Shown one piece after another: positions 36,189-48,181 of a stretch of DNA of 64,000 nt; position 1 is the stretch's first letter, and every line of letters starts with the position of its first letter. A program made the position numbers and the translations under genes. The stretch comes from Felis catus. Its lineage: Eukaryota. Location of the stretch: the NCBI RefSeq assembly GCF_018350175.1, contig NC_058383.1, positions 25,732,001 through 25,796,000 on the forward strand, in the 5' to 3' direction. The notes under the pieces were generated by a model. It did no database searches. It had not been told where the DNA came from and was given only the letters and a program-made list of their open reading frames with translations.

Positions 36189-36339
36189 TAGGCAGATTTC
36201 TTTTTAATCCAATCTGAAAAATCAGAGTTTATTCTATTTACACTTATTGTGATCAGTAATATTTTATTAATCTAATTCACCAAATGTTTTTATCATGCTT
36301 TTACGTTTTTTTCCTTTCCTGCTTTCTATTGCATTGGAT

Positions 36340-36464
36340 TTTCTTTTTTTTTTTCTTTTAAGATTTTATTTTTTTAAGTAATCTCTACACCCAACATGGG
36401 GCTGGAACCTACAAACCCGAGATCAAGAGCCGCACACTCTACCACTGAGCCAGCCAGGCACCCC
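36340..36464 (-). mobile_element. Short Can-SINE
   Basis: aagtaatctctacacccaacatgggg...gccagccaggcacccc. Confidence 0.9.
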
Positions 36465-36688
36465 TGAATTAGATTTTTGTATTCCATTTTTCCCCTTCCA
36501 CTGATTTGTTAGTTCATATTATATATTTTTTGAATATGTCATTATAATGTAATAACTTAAAGTAAAAAATGAGTCTGTCCAACGTCCCCTGAAGAACTTA
36601 CGGGACTTTAGAAGACTTTAACGTCCCACTCTCATCTCTCATGACTGTTGTCCAGTATTTTAGTTTCCCCTCATTTATTCCCCCACTG

Positions 36689-36830
36689 GTGTGTGTATAT
36701 GTGTGTGTTGTGTGTATATATGTATACATATGTGTATATATGTATATATGCACATGCAGTATATGTACATAAGTATACATGTGTATGTGTATATATATAT
36801 ATACGTATATATATATATATATGTATATAT
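36689..36830. repeat. (TG/TA)n compound microsatellite
   Basis: Read directly. Confidence 0.85.
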
Positions 36831-37183
36831 AAAACAGTTAATGTCTATTTAGATGTAGCAGCTTCCTCATTCACTATTGTTTCTTGCATTCTGCTCTCAC
36901 TCCTTCCTTGTGGATTCACTTTCCTTCTAACTCAAGTACATCATTTAGTAGTTCCTCCAGTGAGAGATGTGTTTGAAAATGTATTTAGCCATTGCTCTTG
37001 GATGATAATTTAGTAAATTGATTAATAATAAGTTGATTAATAAAATGATAATTTAGTAAATAATAAATAATAAATCTATTATTAGATAATTAATTTAATA
37101 TAATTCTCTGTTGAATGTTACTTTCCCATAGAGTTAGAACACACTTCACCGTTTTCTGGCATGTGCTACTGCTGCTCAGTAAT

Positions 37184-37611
37184 TTTTTTTTTAAGTTTAC
37201 TTATTTATTTTGAGAGAGACATAGTGTGAGCAGGGGAGGGGCAGAGAAAGAAGGAGAGAAAGAGAATCCCAAGCAGACTTCATGCTGTTAGCACAGAGCC
37301 AATGCAGGGCTCAGACTCACAAAATCATGAGATCCACACCTGAACTGAAACCAATAGTCGAATGCTTAACCAACTGAGCCACCCAGGCACTCCTGCTGAT
37401 CCGTAATCTTTTAATTTTTTTAAATGTTTATTCGTTTTTTGAGAGAAAGAGAGAGCATAAGTGGGAGTGGGGCAGAGAGAGAGAGGGAGACACAGAATCC
37501 AAAGCAGGCTCCAGGCTCTGAGCTGTCAGCACAGGGCTTGAACTCATGAACCACAAGATCACGACCTGACTGAAGTTGGACGCTTAACTGACTGAGCCAC
37601 CCAGGCGCCCC
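37184..37611 (-). mobile_element. Two tandem Can-SINEs at one target (37184-37393, 37411-37611)
   Basis: Three copies of tg(c/a)tc(a/c)gtaat. Confidence 0.9.
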
Positions 37612-37997
37612 TGATCAGTAATCTTGATCAGTCTCATTGTTCTTCCTTCGTAGGCAATCCTTCTTTCAAAACAGTTTTAAGACTTCCTCCTTGCTTGTGG
37701 CATTCCAGTTTCACCAGGTAGCATTTTGCTGTGATTCTGTCCTCATGTATCTAGTTTGGGATTCATGTTTCTTCAACTTTGGGATATTCTCACCCAAAGA
37801 TCTCTATCAACACTGCTTCTCACCCACTCATTCTGTTGTCACCCTCTGCAATTTCTATTAGACTTATGTTTGACCTTCTCCTTGTCTCAACTGCTTTCCC
37901 CAATTTCCCACTCTATCTCCCTGCTGCCTTCTTTCTCCCAGATCTCTCTCTGAATAGTAATTACTCCTCCAGCTGTGTCTGTCTACTATTTAATGCA

Positions 37998-38177
37998 CAC
38001 CCAAAATATGGTCCATGGATCAGCACCATTGGCATTACTTGAGCTCATTAGACAGGCAAATTCATGGGTTCCACCTAAGACCTATGAAGTCAGAACTGAA
38101 TAGAGAGGGGCCAGGAATCTATGTTTAACAAACTCTCCAGGTGATTCTGAAGGTTACTGGAGTTTGAGAAGCATGGC
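37998..38177. mobile_element. MER5A-like
   Basis: tttaacaaactctccaggtgattctga...agtttgagaagc. Confidence 0.75.
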
Positions 38178-38199
38178 TTTAGCCTGTTTGCTAAATTGT

Positions 38200-38423
38200 T
38201 TTCTTTTCTTTTCTTTTTTAAGCTTTTTAAAATGTTTATTTATTTATGAGAGACAGAGAGTGTGTGTGAGTGGGGAAGGGGCAGACAGAGGTGGGGACAG
38301 AGGATCTGAAGCAGGCTCCACGCTGTCAGCACAGAGCCCAACGTGGAGCTCGATCCCATGAAACGTGAAATCATGACCTGAGCCAAAGTTGGATGCTCAC
38401 CAACTGAGCCACCTAGGTGTCCC
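38200..38423 (-). mobile_element. Can-SINE
   Basis: TSD taaattgtttt. Confidence 0.9.
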
Positions 38424-38739
38424 TAAATTGTTTTCATTTCTAGAGGTTGTACTTAGTTCTTTTTCAAATCTGATCCTTTTTTTTCTTACTCCCCTATTTA
38501 GCAAGGCTTATATTCTTTAAAAAAACTTTTTAGTATATTTCTATAATCATCTTAAATGTACTTATTTCACAGTCTCAAATTGCCACCCTTGAGGCCTTGG
38601 ATTCTCCAGTTGGTTGTACTTACTGGCTGTCCCCCACCTTCCCCTGCCTCCATTCCTTGTTGGTTTATTTTTTATTATAAGCTCATAGTCACTGAGGGCC
38701 CTAGTTCCATTTCCAGGTCTGAGGTCATGTTTTTTATGC

Positions 38740-38816
38740 AGGAGTCAATACAGGTTTTTTTTAAACATCAGATAGTAAATATTATTTTTTAATTTTTTTA
38801 ATGTTTATTCATTTTT

Positions 38817-38848
<32 letters not shown>

Positions 38849-39173
38849 CAGTGGGGGAGGAAGAGAGAGGGAGACACAATCTGAATCAGGCTCCCGGCTC
38901 TGAGCTGTCAGCACAGGGCCCAACACAGGGCTCACAAACCGTGAGATCATGACTTGAGCTGAAGTCAGACACGTAACCACTGAGCCACTCAGGTGCCCCA
39001 ATATTTTTGGCTTTATGGGCCATATAGTGTCTGTCCCAATGACTCTGTCATTATAGCACAAAAAAAATCATACACAATATGTATTTTTAAAAATGGGCAT
39101 GGCTGCATTCTAGTAAACTTTATTTAAACAGTGGGCCAGAGTTGGTCCACAGGCTATAGTTTGTCAGCCCCTG
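38740..39173. mobile_element. MER58A-like hAT element split by a SINE (38785-38999, minus)
   Basis: cagatagtaaatatt|ttggctttatgggccata...tagtttgtcagcccctg. Confidence 0.8.
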
Positions 39174-39210
39174 CTCTTATCCTTAAGTGGGCATTAGAAC
39201 TGTAGCCCCA

Positions 39211-39381
39211 GGGGCGCCTGGGTGGCTCAGTTGGTTGAACGTCCAATCATCTTTGGCTTAGGTCATGATCTCACAGCAGTCTGGAGCCTGCTTTGGATTC
39301 TGTGTCTCCCTCTCTGCCCCTCCCCCACTTGTACTCCACCTCTCTGTCTGTCAAAAATAAACATTAAAAAAAAAAAAAAAA
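39211..39381 (+). mobile_element. Can-SINE (internal deletion)
   Basis: TSD agaa(c/t)tgtagcccca. Confidence 0.9.
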
Positions 39382-39459
39382 GAATTGTAGCCCCATGCTT
39401 CTCTTGGTGCCCCTTCCATTTTTCTGTATGTATTGCACACACATTATTCCTTTAAGACA

Positions 39460-39810
39460 ATTCTCTAAATTTATCTGATGATATTGAGATCACTTAGGGC
39501 ACTTGTTAAAAGTGGACTCTCACGGGGGCTCCTGGGTGGCTCAGTCGGTTAAGCATCTGACTCTTGATTTCGGCTCAGGTCATGATCTCACAGTTCATGA
39601 GTTTGAGCCCTCTGTCAGAGGCTTGGGATTCTCTCTCTCCCTCTCTCTCTGCACACCTCCTCCCCAGCCCAATAAATAAACATGAAAAAAATAGAATCTC
39701 AGGCTCTTGCCTTGTAGGCTCTGAGTCATTGCATGTGAGGTGGAACCAACATGTATGTTTAGCAAGAACCCCAGGTGATTCTAATGATCTGAAGAGTCTG
39801 AAACTGCTCT
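39460..39810. mobile_element. MER5-like element split by a Can-SINE (39524-39692, plus)
   Basis: ccccaggtgattctaatgatc; SINE head at 39524. Confidence 0.65.
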
Positions 39811-40446
39811 AACCAAAGAATATGTGAAGAATGAACTTAATGTTGAGACTGACATCTGCTTTAACACCCACAGATTTTTATCTCAGTTCTTACACAATGC
39901 CACGTTGATTATTCAAATTCTTAAAATCAGAGTCAAGAAGGACTGCTCAGGCTATTAGTGTGTGGTCAGGAGACAGGATCTGTATGACTCATGAACAGCA
40001 ACTGCTTCTTGGTGGGGTCATCTTTTCAGTGCAATTCTAGAAAGGCCTTCTCCTAGGAAGCCATGCCTATTTTTTATACTAAAGTTCCTTGAACAATAAT
40101 ATCATATTGCAGTATATACTTGGAAAAAGCGGAATTTCCCCCAACAGCTCGGGGATGACAGTTGAGATAAAGTTCATCCAACTTTTCTTGGTACTTGTTT
40201 ACCCAAATAATCAGCGAATTATTAAGTTGCAAAAGTATTTAAGGGATTCGGTGAACTTTCCAATGATTTGTGAATTACAGCCAAGTGAATGATGTCAAAG
40301 ACCATATTATTGCACAATGCTTTGATCTTCTTCTTACCATTGATACCCGTAACTGACATTTATAGTTATGGCTGCCCAGATGTTTCTAATGTGCAGTCAA
40401 GGTTGAGAGCCACTGCTCAAAATTGTAGACACTTCACCCCTCCACC

Positions 40447-40637
40447 AGTGGCTCTCAAAGTGGGGTCCTTAAACTAGCAGCTTCAACATCTCTTGAGAGC
40501 TAGTTTGAAATGTAAGTGCTCAGGCCCTGTTGCAATCCTACTGACTCTGATACTCTGGAGTTGAGGCCCAGCAATCTGTGTGTTTAGGAGGCTTTCCAGA
40601 CCATTCTGATGTAGACTACTGTATGAGAACTGTTGCA
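40447..40637. mobile_element. MER5A-like
   Basis: cagtggctctcaaagtg...ggcccagcaatctgtgtgttt. Confidence 0.8.
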
Positions 40638-40729
40638 TTGTTCCCCTAGTGAATCCCAGCTCCCTGGATCCCTGCCCCTTGGAAAACTGTACCACTCTTC
40701 TCATTAAGCAGGGGAGTCTAGCCCCCCTC

Positions 40730-40946
40730 TTTTTTTTTTAACATTTATTTATTTTTGAGAGACAGAGAAAGACAGAGCATTAGTGGGGGAGGGGCAGAGA
40801 GCGAGAAGGAGACAAAGAATCTGAAGCAGGCTCCAGGCTCTGAGCTGTCAGCACAGAGCCTGATGCAGGGCTTGAGCCCACGAACCGTGAGATCATGACC
40901 TGAGCCGAAGTTGGATGCTCAACCGACTGAGCCGCCCAGGCGCCCC
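40730..40946 (-). mobile_element. Can-SINE in MLT1
   Basis: TSD ta(g/t)cccccctcttt-like. Confidence 0.95.
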
Positions 40947-41193
40947 TATCCCCCCTCTTTCGAATCTAGGTGAGCCTCATGACTTGCTTTGACCAATAGA
41001 AGGTAACTGAAGAGCTGCTGTGCAAGTTTCAGAGTCTGGGCCTCAAGAAGGCTTGAAGCTTCCATTTCTAGAATGTTTTTTCCATAATGTAAGGAAACTG
41101 GTCTGGCCCACTGGAGGATGACAGGCCATGTGGAAGAGAACTGAAGAGCCCCAGACATGTGCCTGGGGCCACCTTGGAACTTCCAGCCCAGCC

Positions 41194-41380
<187 letters not shown>

Positions 41381-41655
41381 AACCGAATGCAGCCACGTGA
41401 GTGAGTAGAGGAGAAATCAGCAGAAGAACTACCCAGTTAACCCAGAGGACTATGAACAAGAATCAACTGCTGTGGTTTAAGTCACTAAGATTGAGCAGCA
41501 GGAGGGCTTATATTACAGCTGTACAATTTACCCACATACTTTGCCTTGAAGGGAAATTGATTAGCCCTTTAAAGAGAAACACTCTGGAAAAGTTGTAATT
41601 TTGGCCAGTACTACCACCAAGCAGAGTATTGGGTGCATCAGATGCAACTAATACA

Positions 41656-41826
41656 TAGGGCTGGCTTCACGGGCACCCTGTACAGTCACACAGGCCCTAT
41701 GCTTAGAAGGGCCTTACATTGTTTTCACACCCTTGTTGTCACCATCTAGAAATTCTTAAAACTTTGAACCAAGGGCCCTGTGTTTTTATTTTACACTAGG
41801 CCCTGCAGATTATGAATCCAGTCCCA
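41656..41826 (+). mobile_element. MER91A-like hAT-Tip100 element
   Basis: agggctggcttcacgggc...ggccctgcagattatg; 8-bp TSD c(t/c)aataca. Confidence 0.8.
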
Positions 41827-42326
41827 CCAATACATAGTTCCGTCATTTATTCATCACAACACCCCCAGAATTTGGCTTATCAGTTTTCACCACGTATTTG
41901 GGATGCGTTGCGACTCAGCAAATAAAAAGGGGGGCGAGAGTTGCAGACTGTCTGGCCACAAACATAGCATGGCATAGCATTTTCTGAGCATATTAAGGAA
42001 AATCCACTTGCAGAAATAACCCAGAGTATATTTAAACAACCACAGGACGAGGCAGGGGGAAGGGGAAGAGACTGGCCTGGGAAGCTAGGCCCCAAGCAGG
42101 CTAAACTCACTATTAATAGTGCTGTGGCCTATTTTGGCCTGCCTGGTGGCCCTGAAAATTGCCCTGAGAACTGGGCCTGGGAAATGACTGTGGAAATCAG
42201 GTGCCTTCATTCTGGGGTATCACTGGAACCATGCTGGGCACAGACAGAGGTCTTTCTGACAAGCTCAAGGACATTTTGCAAAACAGGATTTTCTTTGACA
42301 GGGAATTAAAAAAAAAAATTAAGGTT

Positions 42327-42535
42327 GGGGCACCTGGGTGGCTCAGTCAGTTAAGCATCTGACTTCAGCTCAGGTCATGATCTCATGGTTCGTGGGTTCA
42401 AGCCCTGCATCAGGCTCTGTACTGATGGCATGGAGCCTGGAAACTTCTGTGTGTTTCTCTCTCTCTCTCTGCTTCTCCCTTGCTTGTGCTCTCAGTCTCT
42501 CTCTCAAAAATAAATAAATAAACTGGAAAAAACAT
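42327..42535 (+). mobile_element. Can-SINE
   Basis: Full structure. Confidence 0.95.
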
Positions 42536-42624
42536 TAAGGCAAACTATCAGGAAATGATCAGGAATATTAGGGAAGAAAATGCATTGATGAGATCAAGTC
42601 AATAAGGAACTAACAGGAAACCCT

Positions 42625-43005
42625 AACCATGTGTTAGGCACTATGCTAAGCACTTAACATACACCATTTCATTTATACCCTCACATATAACTCTGTGAAG
42701 GCAGCACTATTATCCCCATTTTACAGGAAAGAAAACTGAGGCTTGGGAAAATGTGACCTTATTAAAGGTCACAGGGGTGATGAGCCAGGATTCAAACCCA
42801 CATCATGGTACTCCAACTACTCAGGCTGTCCCCTACAGCTCTTCCTCTCAAATTTTCGTATGCAAAGACTCACCTGGGAATCCTGTTAAGATACAGATTC
42901 TAATTCTAGAAGTATGGGGTGGGGCCTAGATTCTGCACTGCCAACGATTTGTCACGTGACGATGACCCCACTGGTCCTCAGACCCCAATTTGAGTAGCAG
43001 GGATG
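42625..43005. mobile_element. MIR (minus, 42625-42820) followed by a MER5A-like element
   Basis: ccccattttacaggaaagaaaactgaggc; ggggtggggcctagattctgca. Confidence 0.7.
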
Positions 43006-43077
43006 TGGATATTACAATAGTTTTCCTGCTTCTACTTCTAACCTCCTACAGTTTGGTTTCTCTACAGCAGCCTGCAT

Positions 43078-43436
43078 TATTGTGTTCGTTTCCCCTGCTG
43101 CATAGTAAGTGACCTCCCAAAATTTGGCAGCTCACAATGGCAATGAACACTTATCTCACACAGCTTCTGAGGGTCAGGAATCCAGGTGAGGCTCAGTGGG
43201 TGGTTCTGGCTCAAGGTCTCTTACAAGGTTACAACTAGGATGTTAGCTGGGCCTGTAGTCACCTGAAGGTTTGGTGGGGCTGGAGGAGCTGCTTCTAAGA
43301 TGGTTCACTCATGTAGCTATTGGGTGGAGGTCTCAGTTCTTGTATGTGGGTGTCTCTGTAGAGCTGCTCGTGACATGGCAGCTGGCTTCTCCCAGAGTGA
43401 ATGATCCAAGACAGAGAGACAGAGAGACAGAGAGAC

Positions 43437-43484
<48 letters not shown>

Positions 43485-43650
43485 AGGCTGCAATGTCATT
43501 TATAACCTAATCTTGGAAGTGGCATGCCATTCTTTCTGCCATATTCTATTGGTCACACATATCAACCCTGGTATAGTTGTGGGAAGGGATGCTTCAGAAA
43601 TGAGAATACCAAGAGGTGGGGATCACAGGGGAGTCATTGTGGATGCCGGC
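43078..43650 (-). mobile_element. MaLR LTR (MLT1E/F-like) with internal (GA)n
   Basis: gggtcaggaatcc...catggcagctggcttc...ctgccatattctattggtcaca. Confidence 0.8.
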
Positions 43651-43669
43651 CTGATGGAAACTAAGTGAG

Positions 43670-44053
43670 AGAATGCCTCTCTTCTCAGCTTCATTGATGT
43701 TGGCCTTGGCCATGTGACTTGCTTAGGCTACTGGAATGAGTGGGGAAGTGGCACGTCCCAGACTAGGCCTTAAGACTTGTGTGTGTTTTTCCTCACCCCT
43801 TTGAGAGTTTTTGATCTCTGATGTAAAAAGAACATGGCCTTGGCACCTGCTGATCTCAGAAGAATGACAGACCCTGGACAAAACTACATAGAACCCAACA
43901 GCCTAGAGCCAAGTGCAGCCAAACACAATTTGGAACAGCTGAAATCTGGCTGGTCTGCTGGCATGTGAGTAGGAAATAAATGTATGTTGTGAGCCACTGA
44001 GTTTTGGGGTGGTTTGTTAAGCAGCATTATTGTGACAATAGCTAGCTGACACA
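43670..44053 (+). mobile_element. Old MaLR LTR (MLT1H/I/J-like)
   Basis: ggccatgtgacttgctt...gccactgagttttggggtggtttgtt...gctgacaca. Confidence 0.75.
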
Positions 44054-44054
44054 C

Positions 44055-44228
44055 TTCTTGACATATTATGTATTTTTATCTGTATAGTCTATGGCAAGAA
44101 TGCCAGTTCCATGAGGGCAGGGACTTGGTCTTATTCCCTGCAGTACTCCCAGCATCTAGACCAACGCCTGCCTGCCCCATAGCAGGTACTCAATAAACAC
44201 TAGTGAGTGAATATCAGTGAATGAATTG
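44055..44228 (+). mobile_element. L2 3' end
   Basis: ttccatgagggcagggac...tagcaggtactcaataaa. Confidence 0.75.
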
Positions 44229-44934
44229 ATCTAATTGTAGAGCATGCCTGCTTAACCTTTATGCTATTAGACTGCCTTCGAGTTAGCCTAGAAAATTACC
44301 AAGTATTAGAAAAAGAATTGTCTTGAATACGAGTTCTAGGCAGCATACCCTTTACAAAGAAAATGGGACATGCACCAAGTTGTCTGCCACTGTCTCTGTG
44401 CCAGACGCCATCCCTCTTCACCTGGGCCACCCAGGTCATCCCGGACTTCACCCAGAAGCGGACCCTGGAGTCACCCAGAAACCACAATCACCCTCTGCCT
44501 GAGAATGGAAGCGCTGCTTTAAATGACACTGGCTCACCTGGTTGGGCGGCTGTCCCCAGAGGAAAGCCAGAGTGATGGCTAATGACGCACACAAAGAGAG
44601 GAAATCACCCCCCCCCCCTGCCCTGAACAGCTGCACCAGGAGACACCCCGTTCTGGAAAGGAGGAAGAGGAAGTCAAGAAAGCTGTAAAGCTGACTAACA
44701 ATCTGGGGAAGGCAACAGTCACAAAAAAGCAGAAGGAAAAAGGCTGGCCCTTAAGTCACTAATTGTTGGGCTGGCTGACAAAATACAAATCAATACCCAC
44801 TCCTCAGGTTTTCCTCAGGTCCTGCCACTTCAGGGCTCACTTTGGGTTGGGAATATCTTGAATGCGAAATTGGCCAAATTCGTACCTTCCAACTACATGA
44901 ACAGTGTGTTTTCCTTCAAATACAAATGCTCAGT

Positions 44935-45122
44935 GGGCACCTGGGTGACTCAATGGGTTGAGCATCTGACTTTGGGTCAGGTCATGACCTCACGGGTTCA
45001 TGAGTTCGAGGCCCACATCAGGCTCACTAAGTGCAGAGCCCTCTTCAGATCTTTTGTTCTCTTTTCTCTCTGCCCCACATCTGCTTGTACTCTCTCTCTC
45101 TCAAAAATTAACATTAAAAAAC
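44935..45122 (+). mobile_element. Can-SINE
   Basis: TSD aaatacaaatgctcag. Confidence 0.95.
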
Positions 45123-45438
45123 CCCACAAATACAAATGCTCAGAATAGATCTACGTGTGCTGATGTGGAAAGCTATCCTCAATGCTAAAAGAAAGGCAGG
45201 ACTCAGGATGTAGAGTGTGTGCCCATATTTATAAAAAACACAATAAATATACATAAATGTTCACATGTACAAAAGAAAAACACTAAAAAGACACACCCCA
45301 AATTGTTAACAGTGGTTTTATCTGGGAGACAGGTTTAGAGTAGGACAAGAATGGAGAGTTCCACATTTAACTTTAAAGTACTTGTTATAAAAAATAAAAA
45401 AATAAAAAAAATAAAGTACTTGTTATATATAAACTATA

Positions 45439-45670
45439 GGGTACCACCTGGGTGGCTCAGTCAGTTAAATGTCCAACTTCAGCTCAGGTCACAATCTCAC
45501 AGTTCACAAGTTCAAGCTCTGCGTTGGGCTCTGTGCTGACAGCTCAGAGCCCAGAGCCTGCTTCAGATTCTGTGTCTCCCTCTCTCTCTGTCCCTCCCCA
45601 CTCTGTCCCTCCCTTGCTCGCACTCTTGCTCTTTCTCTCAAAAAAAAAAAATTTTTTTTTAATTTAAAAA
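45439..45670 (+). mobile_element. Can-SINE
   Basis: TSD aaagtacttgttat. Confidence 0.95.
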
Positions 45671-45678
45671 AAAGTACT

Positions 45679-46029
45679 TGTTATGGACTGAATGTGTTCT
45701 CCTCAAATTGTAGCCCCCAACATGATGAGATTAGGGAGTGGTAATTAGGATTAGATGAAGTCACCAGGATAGGATCCTCATGACGGGATTAGTACTCTTG
45801 TAAGAGGAAATCAGAGAACTTGTTCTTTCTGTCTCTCTCTCTCTGCCATAAGTGGACACAGCAAGAAGGCAGCCATCTGCAAGCCAGGAAGAAGTTTCTC
45901 ACCAGACACCAAATATGCCGGCACCTTGATCCTGAGGCTCCCAGCCTTCAGAACTGTAAGAAATAAATGTCTGTTGCTTAAGTTCCCCGATCTGTGGCAT
46001 CCTGTTATACAGCAGCCCAAGCTAAGACA
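45679..46029 (+). mobile_element. MaLR solo LTR (MLT1A-like)
   Basis: tgttatggactgaatg...ccatctgcaagccagga...gcagcccaagctaagaca. Confidence 0.85.
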
Positions 46030-46832
46030 TTATTTCTGTATGGGTTTTGTTTATCATGACTATCTTCCATTTTATAATAAAAATATCAATGAAAGACTTT
46101 TTTCATACAAAGATGGCCATCCATTTCCATACCCAAACTGACATGCTCCTCCTTACAGTATGTTCTGAGGGGGTCAGATGTGGTTGTAAAAGGACCTCTT
46201 GTTTCATATGACGTTTGCCAGTGACAAGGAGGCCTCTCCTCCCTTGCTCTGAGGTGAGGACTGTTATTGAATCCTTGACGCCATGACTCTGCTTGCCTTG
46301 TCCTTTTAGTTACATCAGTGTTTACTTGCCGCAAATTAGTGCTGACTTAACCCATCCGGCAGAAGATCGTGGTCTGCAGCCATGCCCAGATCTGCCCACA
46401 TCACCACCCCTCGGGAATGGGTGTGTTTATCCCACTTCTCGTCTCCATCTGCTCCTTGGCGTTCCAGCTACTCTCATACCTCAAGCAATCTTCTAATAGC
46501 ACACATAAAATTGACAGAGAAAGACTACTCTCTCCATCTGCTCTTGAAAACCTCTCTGATGTGTTTAGGAAACAGAACCTCAAATAGGGTACTTTTCAAA
46601 TAGGGAAGACACTGATAGATAATTACACCCATAGTGATACCATTCATTTCTGCAGCTAGAATTCACAGGACACTTTCTTGTGTGGTGTCACTGAAGAACA
46701 TTTTGATCTTTATGCTAACGGGGTGAGCTGGACAGCTATTATCAGTCTCAAAGAGAAAGAAACTGAGATTCCGAGGATAGTGATTTGCACTGGATCATCT
46801 AGTAGAAAGGTAGCAAAGTGGATTCCAATTCA

Positions 46833-47020
46833 CTGGTGGGTCTTAAATCTGGCTGTACATTAGTGTCACGTCAGGGGTCTTTTAAAAACTGCCAATCTCT
46901 TATTCTCACCCTGGCCAGTTGAACAAAAATCTCAGGGGAATGAGGCCTTGGGCATTAGAATTTAAAAAGAAAATCTTTCCAAGGATGACCTTGATATACA
47001 GTGAGGCTTGAAACCATTGC
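46833..47020. mobile_element. MER5B-like
   Basis: cttaaatctggctgtacattag...ttgaaaccattg. Confidence 0.6.
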
Positions 47021-47109
47021 AATCCATAGGTAATAGATAAGCCAGTCTTTTGTTAAACTCACATGTGCTAATTCATCACCAGGATTAAGAGCTCTCTCTT
47101 ATTGGGGTG

Positions 47110-47665
47110 CTATATTGGGGTGCTATACCACTCAACAGTAAAAAGGAAGAGACTACTGATCTCCACAACCACATGCAGGAACCTGATACATCAGGTCCAG
47201 TGAAGGAAGCCAGACGCAAAGGCTATATTTTTTATGATTCCATTTATCTGACATTCTGGAAAAGGCAAAACCAGAGGGGCAGAAAACAGATCAGTGAGCA
47301 TCCAAGGCTGGTGGTAGGGACAGGGGTTAACTACAGAGGGACAGCCTGAGAGAATTTTGGGAGATGATATAAATGTTTCTATGCCTTGATTACGGGGGTA
47401 GTTACACTATATGCAGTTGTCAAGACTGAAAGACTATACACAACAAAAGGTAAATTTTACCGTATGTAATATATATCTTGAGAAACTTGATTAAAAAACA
47501 TGTATACACAAAATGAGATTTACTGCACACCCACTAAAATGGCTAAAACTAAAAAAGACTGACCATACTAAGTACTGGTAAGGACATAGAACAATGGGAA
47601 CTCTCATACATTTCTAGTAAGAATGCAAAAGGGAACTCTCATACATTTCTAGTAAGAATGCAAAA
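47110..47665 (+). mobile_element. Old L1 3' fragments
   Basis: tatgattccatttatctgacattctggaaaaggcaaaac; cacccactaaaatggctaaaact. Confidence 0.75.
47596..47665. repeat. Perfect 35-bp tandem duplication
   Basis: gggaactctcatacatttctagtaagaatgcaaaa, twice. Confidence 0.95.
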
Positions 47666-47699
47666 AAATAAAAATAAAAATAAAAGAGAGAGATGGGAT

Positions 47700-47935
47700 T
47701 CTGAGGACAGTCAGACCTGGGCTTAAACTCTGGCCTTACCACTTATCACTGTGTGATGTTGGGCAAGTCACTTAGGGTTTCTAGGCCTTGGTTGGTTCAT
47801 CTACACATGAGATAATAGTAGTACCTACCTGCCTACTTTATAGGATCAGCATAAAGCATAAAGGAGATAATGCTTGTAAAACACTTAATCCAATGCCTGG
47901 CACATGGCAAAAGAAGCAATAACACTAGATTTTGC
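47700..47935 (+). mobile_element. MIR
   Basis: ttgggcaagtcactt...tgcctggcacatgg. Confidence 0.8.
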
Positions 47936-47943
47936 TATTCTTC

Positions 47944-48181
47944 TTTTTTTTTTTTAATTAATTTATTTATTTTAAGAGAGAGAGAGAGAGTGTATATGCA
48001 CATGCACACAAGCATGCAAGCTGGGGAGGGACGGAGAGAGAGGGAAAGAGAGAATCCCAAGCAGGCTCCATGCTGTCACTGCAGAGCTCAACATGGGGCT
48101 CAATCCCATGAACCCTGAGATCATGACCTGAGCTGAAACCACGAGTCGGATGCTCAACCGAATGAGCCACCCAGGTGTCCC
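47944..48181 (-). mobile_element. Can-SINE
   Basis: TSD tagatttt(t)gctattct. Confidence 0.95.

Larger units (their letters stand above)
35800..38700 (-). mobile_element. Highly decayed L1M/HAL1-like LINE (ORF1 to ORF2 start), repeatedly interrupted
   Basis: ttttggttggtatttg...atatctttttcatc; agtacatcatttagtagttcctccagtgag; ttttcatttctagagg. Confidence 0.5.
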
